53,926 bases of DNA from Parasitella parasitica NRRL 2501 (taxonomy: Eukaryota > Fungi > Mucoromycota), in the NCBI GenBank assembly GCA_025201805.1, contig MU619306.1:113274-167199 (forward strand). Reading direction: 5' to 3'. Below, piece by piece: positions 14,262-26,018 of the stretch. The stretch's first letter is position 1; the number at the start of each line of letters is the position of its first letter. The position numbers and the translations under genes are program-made. The notes under the pieces are model-generated. The model had not been told where the DNA came from. It saw only the letters and a program-made list of their open reading frames with translations, and made no database searches.

Positions 14262-15857
14262 ATGTCACAGCCTGAATTTGTAACTCTGGTTAATCGTTGC
14301 TTTCTTTACGAAAGTTGTACTACCAACTATACTACACCCCAAAATCTTCGTGTACATCTGCATACTAGCCACAATTTCGTATTTCCTAATCGACTCAAAA
14401 TAAAGCGACGGCGCAACAACAAGTTATTTTGGTATACGCCCTATCCTTGTAATGATAAACGGATCAAGAAGCATTTTGCATGTCCATGTTGCACTGCTCA
14501 TTTCGACAATTCGAACTCTCTCAGCAATCATTTTAATACCGAGCATCAAGATTATCTTCCTGTAGACGAGCCCAGGCCACTATCCCTCAGTAGCGGCAGT
14601 GTATTATCTTGCAGTAATACCAATACATCGTCCAACAGCAACACGCTACCTAGCGAATTGTCTCTCAGTGATGATCAGCACAATTCTCTCAACATCACCG
14701 CCACCATTTTTATGGACAATCATCAAGATCAAGATAGCACTGAAGCTGGGATAAAACGCAACCACGACGAAACTCTCTTGCCGGATACAGTTTCGTTTGA
14801 ACCACCACAGGGCGACCGCTTGACTGTGAGGGATTTTGATGTATCTGAAGCGTTGTACCAAATGCAACTTTCACAAGTATAAATTGTCTCTGGAGGATCA
14901 TCTGCATGTCATAATGGCCTCACCATCGATCTTGCTTTTGACGCCCTACAAGTATCCGGATGAGTTGAAGCCTTTTATTCAGCACGACAACTGGCTTGCT
15001 ACCATTAAACTCATTCAAAACAGGTACAAGATCAATCGGTTGTCTATGCCTGTCAACACCGTGGCCAGCATGCTCGCGACCATCGACCAGCTCCTCACCG
15101 GCAATATCAACAGAAAGGGTGCTGTTCACGCCATTGATTCTTTATCACTATCAGCGCACGAGTCCATGTTTGCTGCGGCATTGTGCTCTTTGATCCGCAA
15201 ACTTCCACCTTAGCCATTGAAGAAGACATGAATGAATCCGAACTGTGCTCGAGATTTGTTGATCCATTCCTTTCTGGTCTTTTTGACGACCCCGATGCCG
15301 GTGTATATCTCCATTGGACCAATGAAACCACTTTAGAAACGAAAAAGCACGGAAATCAAGATAGTTTGCGTCCTGATATGTGCATCACTAAGTCTTACGG
15401 TATCAAGTGGAGCTCAAGCTGTAGATATGGTGAGGCTAAGGCATCCAAGCAAGCGGAAGATCATCATGTGGTATGCTATGATCTCCTCAAAGTAGCAGCA
15501 TTCTGCAAGAATGCTCTTGACAAGCAAAAATTCGATGGTATCTTGGGAATCCAGATCGTTGGCCGAACAATTACCTTTTATGTACTTCTTTTGCCTGCCA
15601 CGAAACTGTACACTATGCTCAGATTGGCCGAGATCAAGCTATCCGACAGCCTCCAAGGTTTGCCATCCTTAGTGACAGAACTACCAAACATCTTGGGTGT
15701 TTTGGATGTATTTGACAACTAATGCATTCCAGCAAAGGATATAAAACGAGCCATCGAATGCCAAACCTCAACAGAACCAATGTCTTTGTTCAACCTCATC
15801 CTCTCATCATCTAAGGATCGAAAGAGACCCTGCCATTTAAAGCTTTGACATAATTAG
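14262..15857 (+). pseudogene. C2H2 zinc-finger + restriction-endonuclease-like (PD-(D/E)xK) protein, frameshifted
   Basis: Two C2H2 fingers (CFLYESC..LRVHLHTSH; CPCC..LSNHFNTEH). C-terminal 'RFVDPFL..LRPDMCI..YGEAK..DLLKVAAFCK..GIQIVG' motif series. Three frames are joined at ~14865 and ~15210, with stops at 15720 and ~15846. Confidence 0.7.
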
Positions 15858-16107
15858 TATCTATTATCCACGTGCTCCAACCAATCTAAACTACCCAATC
15901 TGTACCCACATTTCGGTTGATTTCAAATAAAAAAATATTACCTCCTGCAGTAAAGCACAAATTTTGAATCATCAAAATAATTGGATAGACTTACTCTCTT
16001 CTTCACTTATTTCCATGACCATACACATACAGAGACGTCAAAAAAAGGGTAATTTTGTGTTAGTTTCTGTTAATTTCAGAAAAGTGATATGGCCAATGAC
16101 AACCTCG

Positions 16108-16185
16108 ATCATAGGCTACATCATGGCTAGTAGGCTATATCATAGGCTATATCATAGGCTATATCATAGGCTACATCATAGGCTA
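16108..16185. repeat. 12-bp tandem array (ATATCATAGGCT) within the right TIR
   Basis: About 6 units directly visible. Confidence 0.95.
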
Positions 16186-16223
16186 TCCTGTCCATTGGTC
16201 TTTCTTTTTAGTTTCTGACACCA

Positions 16224-16364
16224 ACGCCCTTGTTTTTGTAGAAACGACTTGTTCAAAGTGCCTCGTCTATTGCGACATTTATCCAAGCATTTACGAGAAT
16301 GTCTAACAATTCCTTTAAAATCATTTGGTTTCAAACTATTAGAAGCTTCACTGATCCGAGCCAT
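16224..16364 (-). pseudogene. C-terminal fragment of a Tc1/IS630-like transposase
   Basis: MARISEASNSLKPNDFKGIVRHSRKCLDKCRN resembles the post-DDE tail of Mucorales IS630/Tc1 transposases (recalled similarity, not searched). Confidence 0.55.
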
Positions 16365-16558
16365 GATTCCTAATTGGTGCGTAGCATACGGTATATCGTG
16401 TATTGTATGTTTATGGATCAAATTGGTGATATGAATGGTTTATATTAATTTCCTTTCGTTTCAGATGCAACTTTTTTTGTTGTTGTTATTTTCAGCGCTC
16501 ACTGGAACAAAAGGTTATTTATAATGTAAAGAGGGGGGGTGTTTATTTAAGAGATATA

Positions 16559-18448
16559 TTAAAAAACGCTTACAAAAGAAATAGACAAACTTTGCAGCTT
16601 CTTACACTTGATAGAAATGTGAAAATCAGCTGGTCCTCTAGGCAAACCCACAGGTCCTTCATCAGTTTTCTGGTAGGTTTTCTGGTGCTCGTCTCCAACA
16701 TTATAGACGTAGTTCTTTGTTACATCGCCAATGGTCACAGCAACTGTGTGACATTTTGGAGGAACAATGCTACGTGAATCAAAAATACTATTCAGGTTCA
16801 GTTCCAAGCAGCCCACTCTAGTCTCGGGGAGATCAATGTTGATTTGATAAATAGAATTTGACATAAAAATACATCTACTAATTATCAATTTACCAACTGT
16901 GGGTAATCTCGGCGACATCTTTAGCAGAACATTATAATGAAATACACAGTTTGTTAGCTTCAGTTCAGAGATGCTTGTCTCCATGGAGGTCATCTGCTTT
17001 CCAAGTCCACGCCTAGGAAAGACCATTTTATCCAAATGCACTACCGATCCAGTCTTGCCGTCAACCAAAGACATGACGCCGTTGAACATACCCCAGAACT
17101 TCTTTTGGGACTTTTGAGCCCACTCAACATTGCTCTCCTTGGAGACGGTTTTGAGATATTCTAATATACATTCAGGTTCCAGGTCAGAGCTGGCATCCAA
17201 TACTCTAATAATATCAAGTGAGAAGCAGGGCTTCAGAGCTTTAAATACTTCATTAAGGTGCACACATTCCATAAAAGCACCACTATCTCTGTTACAACTT
17301 TCAAAAAATCGAACAAATGAACCATTTTTTTTCACCTCAATGCCGTAAGTCTTCGCTGTGTCCCGTCTATCAAGAATCATGGTGAGCTCAGTGGGAATCT
17401 CGGCGGTGTGTTGTGCAAGTGCGTTTGACAGTATTACGAAACCTCTAATTTGATGCAAATAAGTAATCGGATCTAAATCCTTAATGCTGATATCGTAGTG
17501 CGAAACGCCCTGGCAGATATCCACTAGGCCATTCCAGCATTGAATAATAACGTCCTTTGCCGTTGTTTCTGCAAAGGTGTGATCTTCGGTAGTCAGTACA
17601 AATGTCTCTAATGCTTCTAACTTTGTTGCCAAATACTGGAGTGTGGAACCCGAAAGACGACAATCTGTAAGCTGAAGTTTCTTTACACTGCTGTTTGGCT
17701 TCATTTTTCCAGTGTAGTCGTGGTCTCTTGAAAACTTGCACCTCCTAAGCTCCAACAAAGGTGCTTTATCGGGGTAAGAGTTGATAAGGCTGTCTACTTC
17801 AGTGATAATAGGTCTCTGGGCTACTGAGTTGCCCCAAAGCTGCAATTTGGTCAATGATTTGAATTCATTTATGCGTTCCTTCAATTCATGACAGTTGTTA
17901 AGCGACTGGTCAGGGCACAATCGAAGTTCGGTTAAAGAGTCAATGCACTTGAAGCAGAGCGATGTGTACTGGTTACTTGTTGGAATACAATTCTCCATCA
18001 AGGCTATACGTTTTATACACTTGAGATTAGCTTTCTTTGTTATACCGAGCAGACGCCAAGTGACAAGGGGCTCAAAATCATTTGATGAGCTTCCAAATGC
18101 CTCAAGGTATGGGCTATATGTTAAGATGCGTTCGAGGTAATGGTCTAGATCGGGAGAGAATACGGTTTCGTCATTAACAACATCAAGGCGAATCTTGACA
18201 CTCCTAACAATAGAACCGATAGTAGGTTTAGTTCTAAGTGTGTAGACAAAATCAGGAACTGTGTCTAGGCTCAAATCTACATTAGAATATAGCTTATATT
18301 TTGCAGCATTTGACCAGCTTTCGCAAACAAACAGAATTTGGTATAGAAATTTTCCAAATTCTTTCCGACTTGATGTAGCTTCAACAAGCTCAAAAACTTT
18401 TTCTAAAAGCTCGATAGGGAGCTCGTTCCAACTGGATGGTTTAAACAT
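16559..18448 (-). CDS. Intronless F-box protein with LRR/RNI-like repeats
   Basis: 629-aa ORF; N-terminal WNELPIELLEKVF..ILFVCESWSNAAKYKLY F-box; LxxLxL repeats (LTELRL, LTKLQL, VKKLQL, ISELKL). Confidence 0.85.
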   Translation of the reverse strand: MFKPSSWNELPIELLEKVFELVEATSSRKEFGKFLYQILFVCESWSNAAKYKLYSNVDLSLDTVPDFVYTLRTKPTIGSIVRSVKIRLDVVNDETVFSPDLDHYLERILTYSPYLEAFGSSSNDFEPLVTWRLLGITKKANLKCIKRIALMENCIPTSNQYTSLCFKCIDSLTELRLCPDQSLNNCHELKERINEFKSLTKLQLWGNSVAQRPIITEVDSLINSYPDKAPLLELRRCKFSRDHDYTGKMKPNSSVKKLQLTDCRLSGSTLQYLATKLEALETFVLTTEDHTFAETTAKDVIIQCWNGLVDICQGVSHYDISIKDLDPITYLHQIRGFVILSNALAQHTAEIPTELTMILDRRDTAKTYGIEVKKNGSFVRFFESCNRDSGAFMECVHLNEVFKALKPCFSLDIIRVLDASSDLEPECILEYLKTVSKESNVEWAQKSQKKFWGMFNGVMSLVDGKTGSVVHLDKMVFPRRGLGKQMTSMETSISELKLTNCVFHYNVLLKMSPRLPTVGKLIISRCIFMSNSIYQINIDLPETRVGCLELNLNSIFDSRSIVPPKCHTVAVTIGDVTKNYVYNVGDEHQKTYQKTDEGPVGLPRGPADFHISIKCKKLQSLSISFVSVF

Positions 18449-18933
18449 ACGAGATTTATAGAGAAAAATAACTCTTAGGTCTATTCATATCTACTTTTAT
18501 ACATTTGAATCTTTCTAATGCTTCATTGTTATTGATTCTGTTCATGTTGACACCATCTGAATGAGTCCTTGTACCATGACCCACTCACCCTCATAAATGG
18601 CATACAGTGACACCTTTTTGAATCGTTTTTTTTGCTACTATTCTTGATTTATCGATTAAGCAGCTATCCCACGATGCAGATGTCAACATTGAACTGACTT
18701 TGTGGCCGTAAACTAACTAGTGAAATTAGTACCGTATCATTATAAAGCCCACGTAGTCTGCAATTTCTTTGCATACACTGCTTCAATATGCTTTTCATTC
18801 CACTACAATTCCTTTATGGGGCCATAGTGAGTCCATGCGTATTTTTATTGTGTTTGAAATGATTTTGCGTGGAAAGATTAACAAAAAGATATGCAGTAAC
18901 TAAAAATAGATATTTACAAAATGCAGTAGATTT

Positions 18934-20003
18934 TCAAAGGTTGATTAAAGCAAATAATGAGGCCATTAACAAAAGCAATGACCAATCAATACCAAAGAAG
19001 GCCCCACGCAACAATAATGGCGCATCAGTAGTTGCGCTTGAAGTTGGAGCTGCAAACATTCTAAAACCATCAGCACTAGTCATCGGATCTATCAAGTCAT
19101 CCAAGGAAAGCTTTGTTACGCTCATTATCCACTTTAGGTGTGCAGATGGCTTTACAAAAGAGTCGATAAAGCTGGTCAGGTTTGATTCATGGAGAGGACA
19201 GGAGCCATTTTCAGGGTCAGGATCATAGGCATTCAATATTCGGTTGAGTATACCACCAAGATAATATTCAGCGTCGATATTAGCGGATGATTTGACTAAA
19301 AGAGGGCTTCCTATTGAAATCATCGCAATTAATTAGCACAAAAGCGTAATTTTATAGAATTTAGCCAACTAGAGCCCCAAGTGTATGTACCTGAATCACC
19401 GTGGCATAATCCTGCATTTGAAGTAGCCAATATAATACTGTTGTTATAGTTATTGTCCCGGAGAGTTTCCGCATTGCTCGAATTGCACTGCGCAAACTGC
19501 AATATTTCAGCTTGTGGTTTCTCGTAGCCAGTGTAACCCATGCCAATTGTCTCCAACATGTCCATTGATGTCGTTTGGTTCACTAAAAGGGGGATTCTAT
19601 TGACAAATTTGTTTGCCACGAGTGAAGACGTCAGCCTTATTAAGCCAATGTCGTACGGTATTCCGTCTGTATAAGCTGTGGCGTAAACTTGTGCTTGCTG
19701 TCGTTGTGATGAAACATAAAGTGGGTGAACTATGGCTTGTCGGATGGCAGCGTAGGATTGCCTAGTAGCATTCTTGTTGCCATAAGCAACGGTATAGCGA
19801 TTTTGATTTATCTGCAAGTTTTCAATACAATGAGCTGCTGTCAAAATCCATGGTGGGTTCAATGAAATTATGCTCCCACCACACAAAATTGGCTCTGTTA
19901 ATCTAACAGAAAATGGGTATGTCGAAGAAGAATCTACTGAAGCTCCGCCTCTTATGGCCATCACTATTGCTGGGAATGCGATAATGACGAATATAATGTA
20001 CAT
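18934..20003 (-). CDS. Secreted S1 (trypsin/chymotrypsin-fold) serine protease with hydrophobic C-terminal tail; intron 19311-19390
   Basis: Signal peptide then IRGG; CGGSII, LTAAHC, DIGLI and CHGDSG|SPL give a complete triad. Confidence 0.9.
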
Positions 20004-20092
20004 TTGATATATATTATTTACAAAATTAATGTGGTGAAAAAACAACAAAAAAAAACAAAAAAAACTAAAAGAAATAAAAANNNNNNNNNNNN

Positions 20093-20165
<73 letters not shown>

Positions 20166-20426
20166 CGAAAAAATGATGTGATTCTTTTTATAAATGGTGG
20201 CAAATTAACAACCTAACAAATAAACATAAAGGGAAAAGAAATAAAGAAAGAAAGCGGTTTAAAAAAAAAAGGAGGAATTGACTCTCCAGATTCACTGTTG
20301 CTTTAAATACCATTACAGAGGCATTTGTAAAACTTAATTTACTATAAAGAGATATTTTTTTGCTAATGTATGTAATGTAAGGTATGGTTCCCTCCTTTTT
20401 TTTTGCCTCTTTTTTTCCCTCTATTT

Positions 20427-23400
20427 TTACCAACTGTTTGATCCAGTTGCATCTAATCTGTTGGATTTATAGGGCTCTGACTTCTCAATGAATTTGATAC
20501 CTTTCATTTCGAGTTGGTCTAAAATAGGCAAGTACACGTGAGGCTTTGTTGGCCTCTGAATGCCCCTTTCTGGTATCTTATTATCCAATACCAAATCTAC
20601 TGTCATTGCTGTAGGCAATCCAACAGTGTCTGCCATTGCAGTGTGCGTTTCGTTGCCATACTTGATCAAGGTTGAGGTTAAGGTTTCCTACAGTATACCT
20701 GTTAATACATTAGCTGAATTGCTAATCATCATTTTACCTTCTTGCCAGAACGATGCTCAACTCCGAATTCATGATGCATAGCCACCATATCCCTTTCTCC
20801 TTTGTCATACTTGAGACTTTTAGCTAGTAAAATAGAAAAGAGGTCTAGGGCAGAGCCGTTGGGAGAGTTTACTTCTTCCTTGTCATTTGCGGATAAAAAG
20901 TACGAGATAGCTGACCATGTTTTCTCAATCATAAAATGATCTTTGGGCAAGCCTAATTTATCAGCCATACGCTGATGTCTCTCATCTTGGGATAGCTTGG
21001 TGCTCTTTCCTGATAATATAAAATCAAAATAATTTGACTAGATATAAGCCAAAAATGATCAGCAAACAAAAAAATGTAACAGGTGCAATAATATACACAA
21101 ACCCAATTTTGACACTGGTCAGCAATAGGTCTTCCTTGATCCAAAAAGCCTAATTTACGGAACGCGTACAAAAGATCAGAATAGCCTTGATATCTTAATG
21201 TACCGCGAAACATGGTATCCATTTGGGCCAAATCACCAAGGCCATAGATATCGGCATAGCCTAAAGAGTTCCTGTTTGCCAATCCTTCAAAGACAAACCC
21301 AGCATAGGGGGTTTGTACGACAGGAAAATGTTCTTTCAGCAGGTTTTCCCCCAAGATAGTGTGTTTCTAAATGCAATGATTGTTACATTTAATGCTTTGG
21401 GGAGGAAAACATAAAAGAGCACAAACCTCTGCGTTATTCCAATAAACAGCATCGTTCCCGCTGGCTGTTAGCACACCTCGTGGCGACCAGCTAAATTTGT
21501 ACCCCAGAGGTACGTTTGATGCTTCAGGAGAAGGAAGACCGCCACACCAGGAAATGAAGGACTTGATCTGCATGCATCATAGAATGGTCAGTAAAAAAGA
21601 TCAAAATAAACAAACAAACAAGCGATGCGTGTACCTTGGAGCCGTTGCGATGAGCTTCATCAATAATCTTCATGGCAGACATATGGTCAATGCCAGGATC
21701 TAATCCAACCTCGTTCATAATCAAAATACCTGCTTTTTGCGCTCTTGGTGGACAAGTATTATCACGCGTGAATATACATGACCATGTGCAACATGCAACG
21801 CTTTCACTTACTTGTGTTCGAGCTGCTCCATTTCTTTGGAGACATAGCTCGCTGTAACCATGTCTTTTCTTTGTTCGATACATACATTGGCCACTTTGGT
21901 ATGCAAAAATGCAGGCACAAGACTTGAGATTTTGCATGTCAAAACGTTAGCTTTGTGGCATGCATATATGGTCTGTATGACATGTTTACCTTACTACCAC
22001 GTCAGCATTACTAACCAGCCTGGATAACTCTTGGCAATTAGATATGTCTAGGGGAACCGATTCTGCATTGGAGTAGTTTTCAACCAACGCTTTTGCTTCG
22101 TCAGCCATGTTACTAGCTATACGTGTGTGTGTGTTAGTATTAGACGAGTCGTTCTGCGCTATACATATACAAACCAACAACCACATTGACGTCAGGTCTC
22201 TTGACCAAATGCTCGACCAAAGGTGCTGCCACCATACCAGAACCCAAGAGCAAAACTGTCTTTTTATCATTGTTGGTGGCAGCTTTTGAGCTTAATAACC
22301 CTTTGTGAGGTTCAGTCAGTTTTCCTTGATCAGCAATAGTAGCTTGACGTAATAAAGGGGACAGCTTGTCCAAAGGGGTATTTGGCGAGCTTTGGACCTA
22401 ACTCACCTATTTAATACACACAAAGAAGAATCAACCGCCAGTGTATACGTACTATTTCCTTGATATAGGGATAGAGTGCTTTGCTAAAGAATTCACTGCT
22501 CTCTACAGGAAGTTCTGCGGGCAGTATATCGATGCCCATGACTTGGATGCCTTCCCCCTCGGCGCTATTCAAAAGGTTCAGATACGATGAACGCATTTAT
22601 AAGATGGTGCTATTATCCTTACTTTGCATGCTCTGTATCACGGATAGCGTCATAATAAAAGAATCCGTCATCCACATTTGTGCTGTGAGATAGGCATTCA
22701 AATGCGCCCTTTTACATCATTTATGAAGCGTGAGAAACGTGGGGGGGGATATTCCTGCGCATTGTGAAAATCTCACCTTGACGTCGCACACAATATCAGC
22801 CAAGCTCATCATTTTGCCCTTGTTGATCAGGCCCTTTTTCTTCAATTTCTCGAAATCAGCCAGCTGTTTGTTGGTCATTAAACGCGGATAGTTTTTATCC
22901 CAATAAGCGCCTGTTACTACGCAATTTGTGTAGGGAGCAATCTAACGTAAAACGTAAATACGTTTGCGTATCGTGCAGCAACTATGGATGACATGGATGT
23001 ACCTTGTGATGGAAATTAGATTGGTATCTTTCGGGATTTGCAAGGTAGTCTTCGTAGTCGATCATTTTACCGCCACCATCTTTCAACTCAATGTAGTCGT
23101 TTACCTGCAAATGAGTTGCGTATAGTCTGTCTAGTCTAGGATCTGTTTTTTTTTTTTAGAAAAAAAAAAAATGAGTACACCCATGTGTGTGCGCAGGTTT
23201 TAAAAAAATGATGATTGTTACTCTTATCGTTGACTAATTTGGGGAGATCCTCTGCAGGAACAAATTCGTGGGGAACCTCTTTGAATATTTCCATCGCACC
23301 CTAATCCCGAAGTTGTTACAGCACACTTTTATGTAGCTATTTCAAGCATACAATTACCTTGGCAACATTACCCGATCCTGTAAACGCATATACCAATGGC

Positions 23401-24296
23401 CCAAAGTCCTTTGGAGTGCCATTTTCAGTAATAGCATCTCCCATCCGATGCAACGCTGATTTAGCCTCAGCAATAGTCGGATATGCATGTGCCATGGACG
23501 TGTACTATGCTCAAGTTATCAGCCGCGTGCTAGAAAACGGAAACACATATACATACCATGAAAGGCGTGCTATAGCCTAATCCAAGGAACCGATGTCCCA
23601 TACCATGGAATATGTCAATCATACCTACGTGGAATACCAAGTGAGTTTTGTTTGTTATTTGCTCCAAGTTGTAGTAACTGCAAACCTGCATTTCCCGCAA
23701 ATTGACCGAACGCTACTAGCCTTTTTCCTGTTTCGTCCTTCATTAATTCATAGTCTACGAGACGTATTTTCTGTAACATTATAATGAAGTTTGTGTTTCC
23801 CACGGAGGTGTGAGAAAACCCGTACCAAGCTTAATTGAAAATTATATCCATTATTTACCTTGTCAAGAATGCGTTGAAGCATAGGCATATTCTTTTCGTT
23901 GCCCTTGTGCGTATGAGAAAAGAACATATAAGTCTTGTCGTTTAGCAGTGACACTTCAGGAACCTCTTTGATGCCCAGGATTAAATCTGCCTTTGATATG
24001 TCCTCGGTAATGATCGCTCCAGCCTTGCTGCATGTGTTAATATATGCCACCCATCTACATGATGTCTCTATTCATACCTTTTCATATGATCCATTTGTAA
24101 AGATGCGCTTTGTGCTGGGCTGAACGTAAACTTTTGTTCCTGTTTCTTGGATCAATTGCCTGACAGTGCTTGGTGTTAAGGCAGATCGACGCTCCCATCT
24201 ACTCTTATTCTCGCGACGAATGCCTACACTGCTTTGACCAGCAGTAGTGTAGTGTCTTGGGAGCAGCTTTGATTTGCAGTTATTCAGTCGAATCAT
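20427..24296 (-). CDS. AASS: Bifunctional lysine-ketoglutarate reductase / saccharopine dehydrogenase (alpha-aminoadipic semialdehyde synthase-like), multi-exon
   Basis: LKR motifs [41 protein letters not shown] and [14 protein letters not shown] motifs [47 protein letters not shown] and AMADTVGLP. Same strand and contiguous. Confidence 0.9.
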
Positions 24297-25516
24297 GTTT
24301 TCTATGGTGAAAAATAGAGACAGAAAAAGAGAAAACAAAAAAAAAAAGGGTTAGATTTACAACAGGCTATGATCCTTTTATGCAGAATAAGGAAATTTTA
24401 TAATCTCACGGTCAGCTGCCGGTTTTATGCATAGACACCATCTCAAGCTTGTTATTTTGCTCTGTGGACCGTATACAGGTACGCATTTTGCGAAAACAAA
24501 TACGAAGGGCACCGATTCATCATATGCTTCCGTGCGCTGTGGATAAAACTAAATTTTGGCATAACGCCAAGAATCTATTGCGAGCATTGTTTCGCTTTTT
24601 ACAGGACTTTGCACGTAATAACTTCTGCTTTGAGTTATTCTTTATCCTTCATAAGAATGAGAACCAGATCTGTATAGTGTACAGTAGTGTCATGCAGGCA
24701 TATTTGGTATTCTACATCATTAGGCTTGCAATGTTTGTTTTGCATACCATTCTCTGACATAATTGATCTTGATGCTGTCAGTAGATTCAAGACCTCAGTC
24801 TCATCTCTTGCATCAATTGAAGGCAGGGAATCTCGTAACATTTTTACGAATGGGCCTATAGATTAGTTGGGACTATCGTCAGTCTGTGCATTACATGATC
24901 GACTACTCCAAAGTCAACGGATAGTATTACATTAAGAAGCTCAACGCCCTTAGTTCTTTTTTTAAAAAAGGAAACATTTGAAAACTAACTTTAGGCTAAA
25001 ACATCAAACTAAGCCATGTAATATTATAGATCCAACGCAATGCTTATTTATTTTTAAAGAAAATAAAAAAAATAAAATTAGAGGGAAATAGTACTAGCGA
25101 TCAAGTCGAGTAATCTAATGAAAGAAAGAACTATTAGTAACCAATACAACAAACAGGTTGAATCAATCAAGAAGATAGATTTTTCTTTTACTATAAGTCA
25201 GGCTCATTAAATCAGATATTTTTTGTAAATCAACAGATATGATTAAGACGTTAAGGTTATACATCCTTCGAATAGTAAAAGAAAAAAAAAGCTTCTGCCA
25301 TAACACTCCGAATAATAGACTTACCAGTTTTAAATTTTACAAACAATTTACTAAAGAGAAAGTACAAGAAGGGTTTCGTGGCTAGAAACTAGTTAAATAG
25401 TTTTTTTTTTATAGAGTGGCTTGTTGACAAGAAATTTTTGATTGCTACATGGGCGATACATCCTGAAAAACGACAATGCAGTCCTCTATTGTGTTTAGGT
25501 ATCAACCATCGCCTCT

Positions 25517-26018
25517 TCAATCCATGGGTACACTCATTTTATACGTTTCTCTGGCTCTCTTTGCAAAGTCTGTATAGCCCCCAATTAGTTGTTGATTCTG
25601 CAGACCACATCCTTCATAGATGAATGGCGATGTTCGCTGATTCGTTTTGAATTCCTATTCATCACCATGTTGATCAACATTTTAGCAGGGGGTTTGGGAT
25701 TGATGTATTTTGTTGTGCGGCATACCTGCTGTAATTCTTTTGATCGCTCACTCCATTGTTCTCTGACATAAGCACTAACGTCAACTTTTACATTTGGATG
25801 TTTAGCAGTTAATTGATCTCCAATTCTGATTGCATTTGTAAAATAGGAGCAGGAAAGAAATCCCTCCTATCAATTTGAAGTTTTCAATGCATAATCATCT
25901 AGTGAATTGATGTGTTTAATATACTTACGATATGGTAACATTGGTTTTTTTCTGGGATAGATGAATCGAAATCTTTCGATGTGTTCTCTTTTGAACCGAA
26001 CCATGAAAATAACTTCAT
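25517..26018 (-). CDS. Small glutaredoxin-like (thioredoxin-fold) protein, 122 aa, 3 exons (26018-25929, 25866-25726, 25654-25517); absent from the ORF track
   Basis: Two phase-0 GT-AG introns give an open frame containing YHIEGFLSCSYF, RTSPFI and LIGGYTDF. Confidence 0.85.

Larger units (their letters stand above)
13843..16223. mobile_element. TIR-bounded element with subterminal 12-bp arrays, carrying a C2H2 + PD-(D/E)xK-like ORF
   Basis: Left end TGGTGTCAGAAACTTAAAA..AGACCAATGGGACAGGATAGCCTATGATGTAGCCTATGATA is the inverted copy of the right end ..TAGGCTATCCTGTCCATTGGTCTTTCTTTTTAGTTTCTGACACCA. Inner IR segments also match (GATCGAGGTTGCCATTGGCCAT vs ATGGCCAATGACAACCTCGATC). Confidence 0.85.

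Noticed and set aside
20040-20163. Long poly-A run and the poly-K/poly-F ORFs
   Set aside because: Homopolymer next to an N gap, so its length is unreliable. Similar gaps occur at 33196, 34781, 46343 and 47766.
24635-24841. 68-aa ORF upstream of AASS
   Set aside because: No motif and no splice-supported extension.
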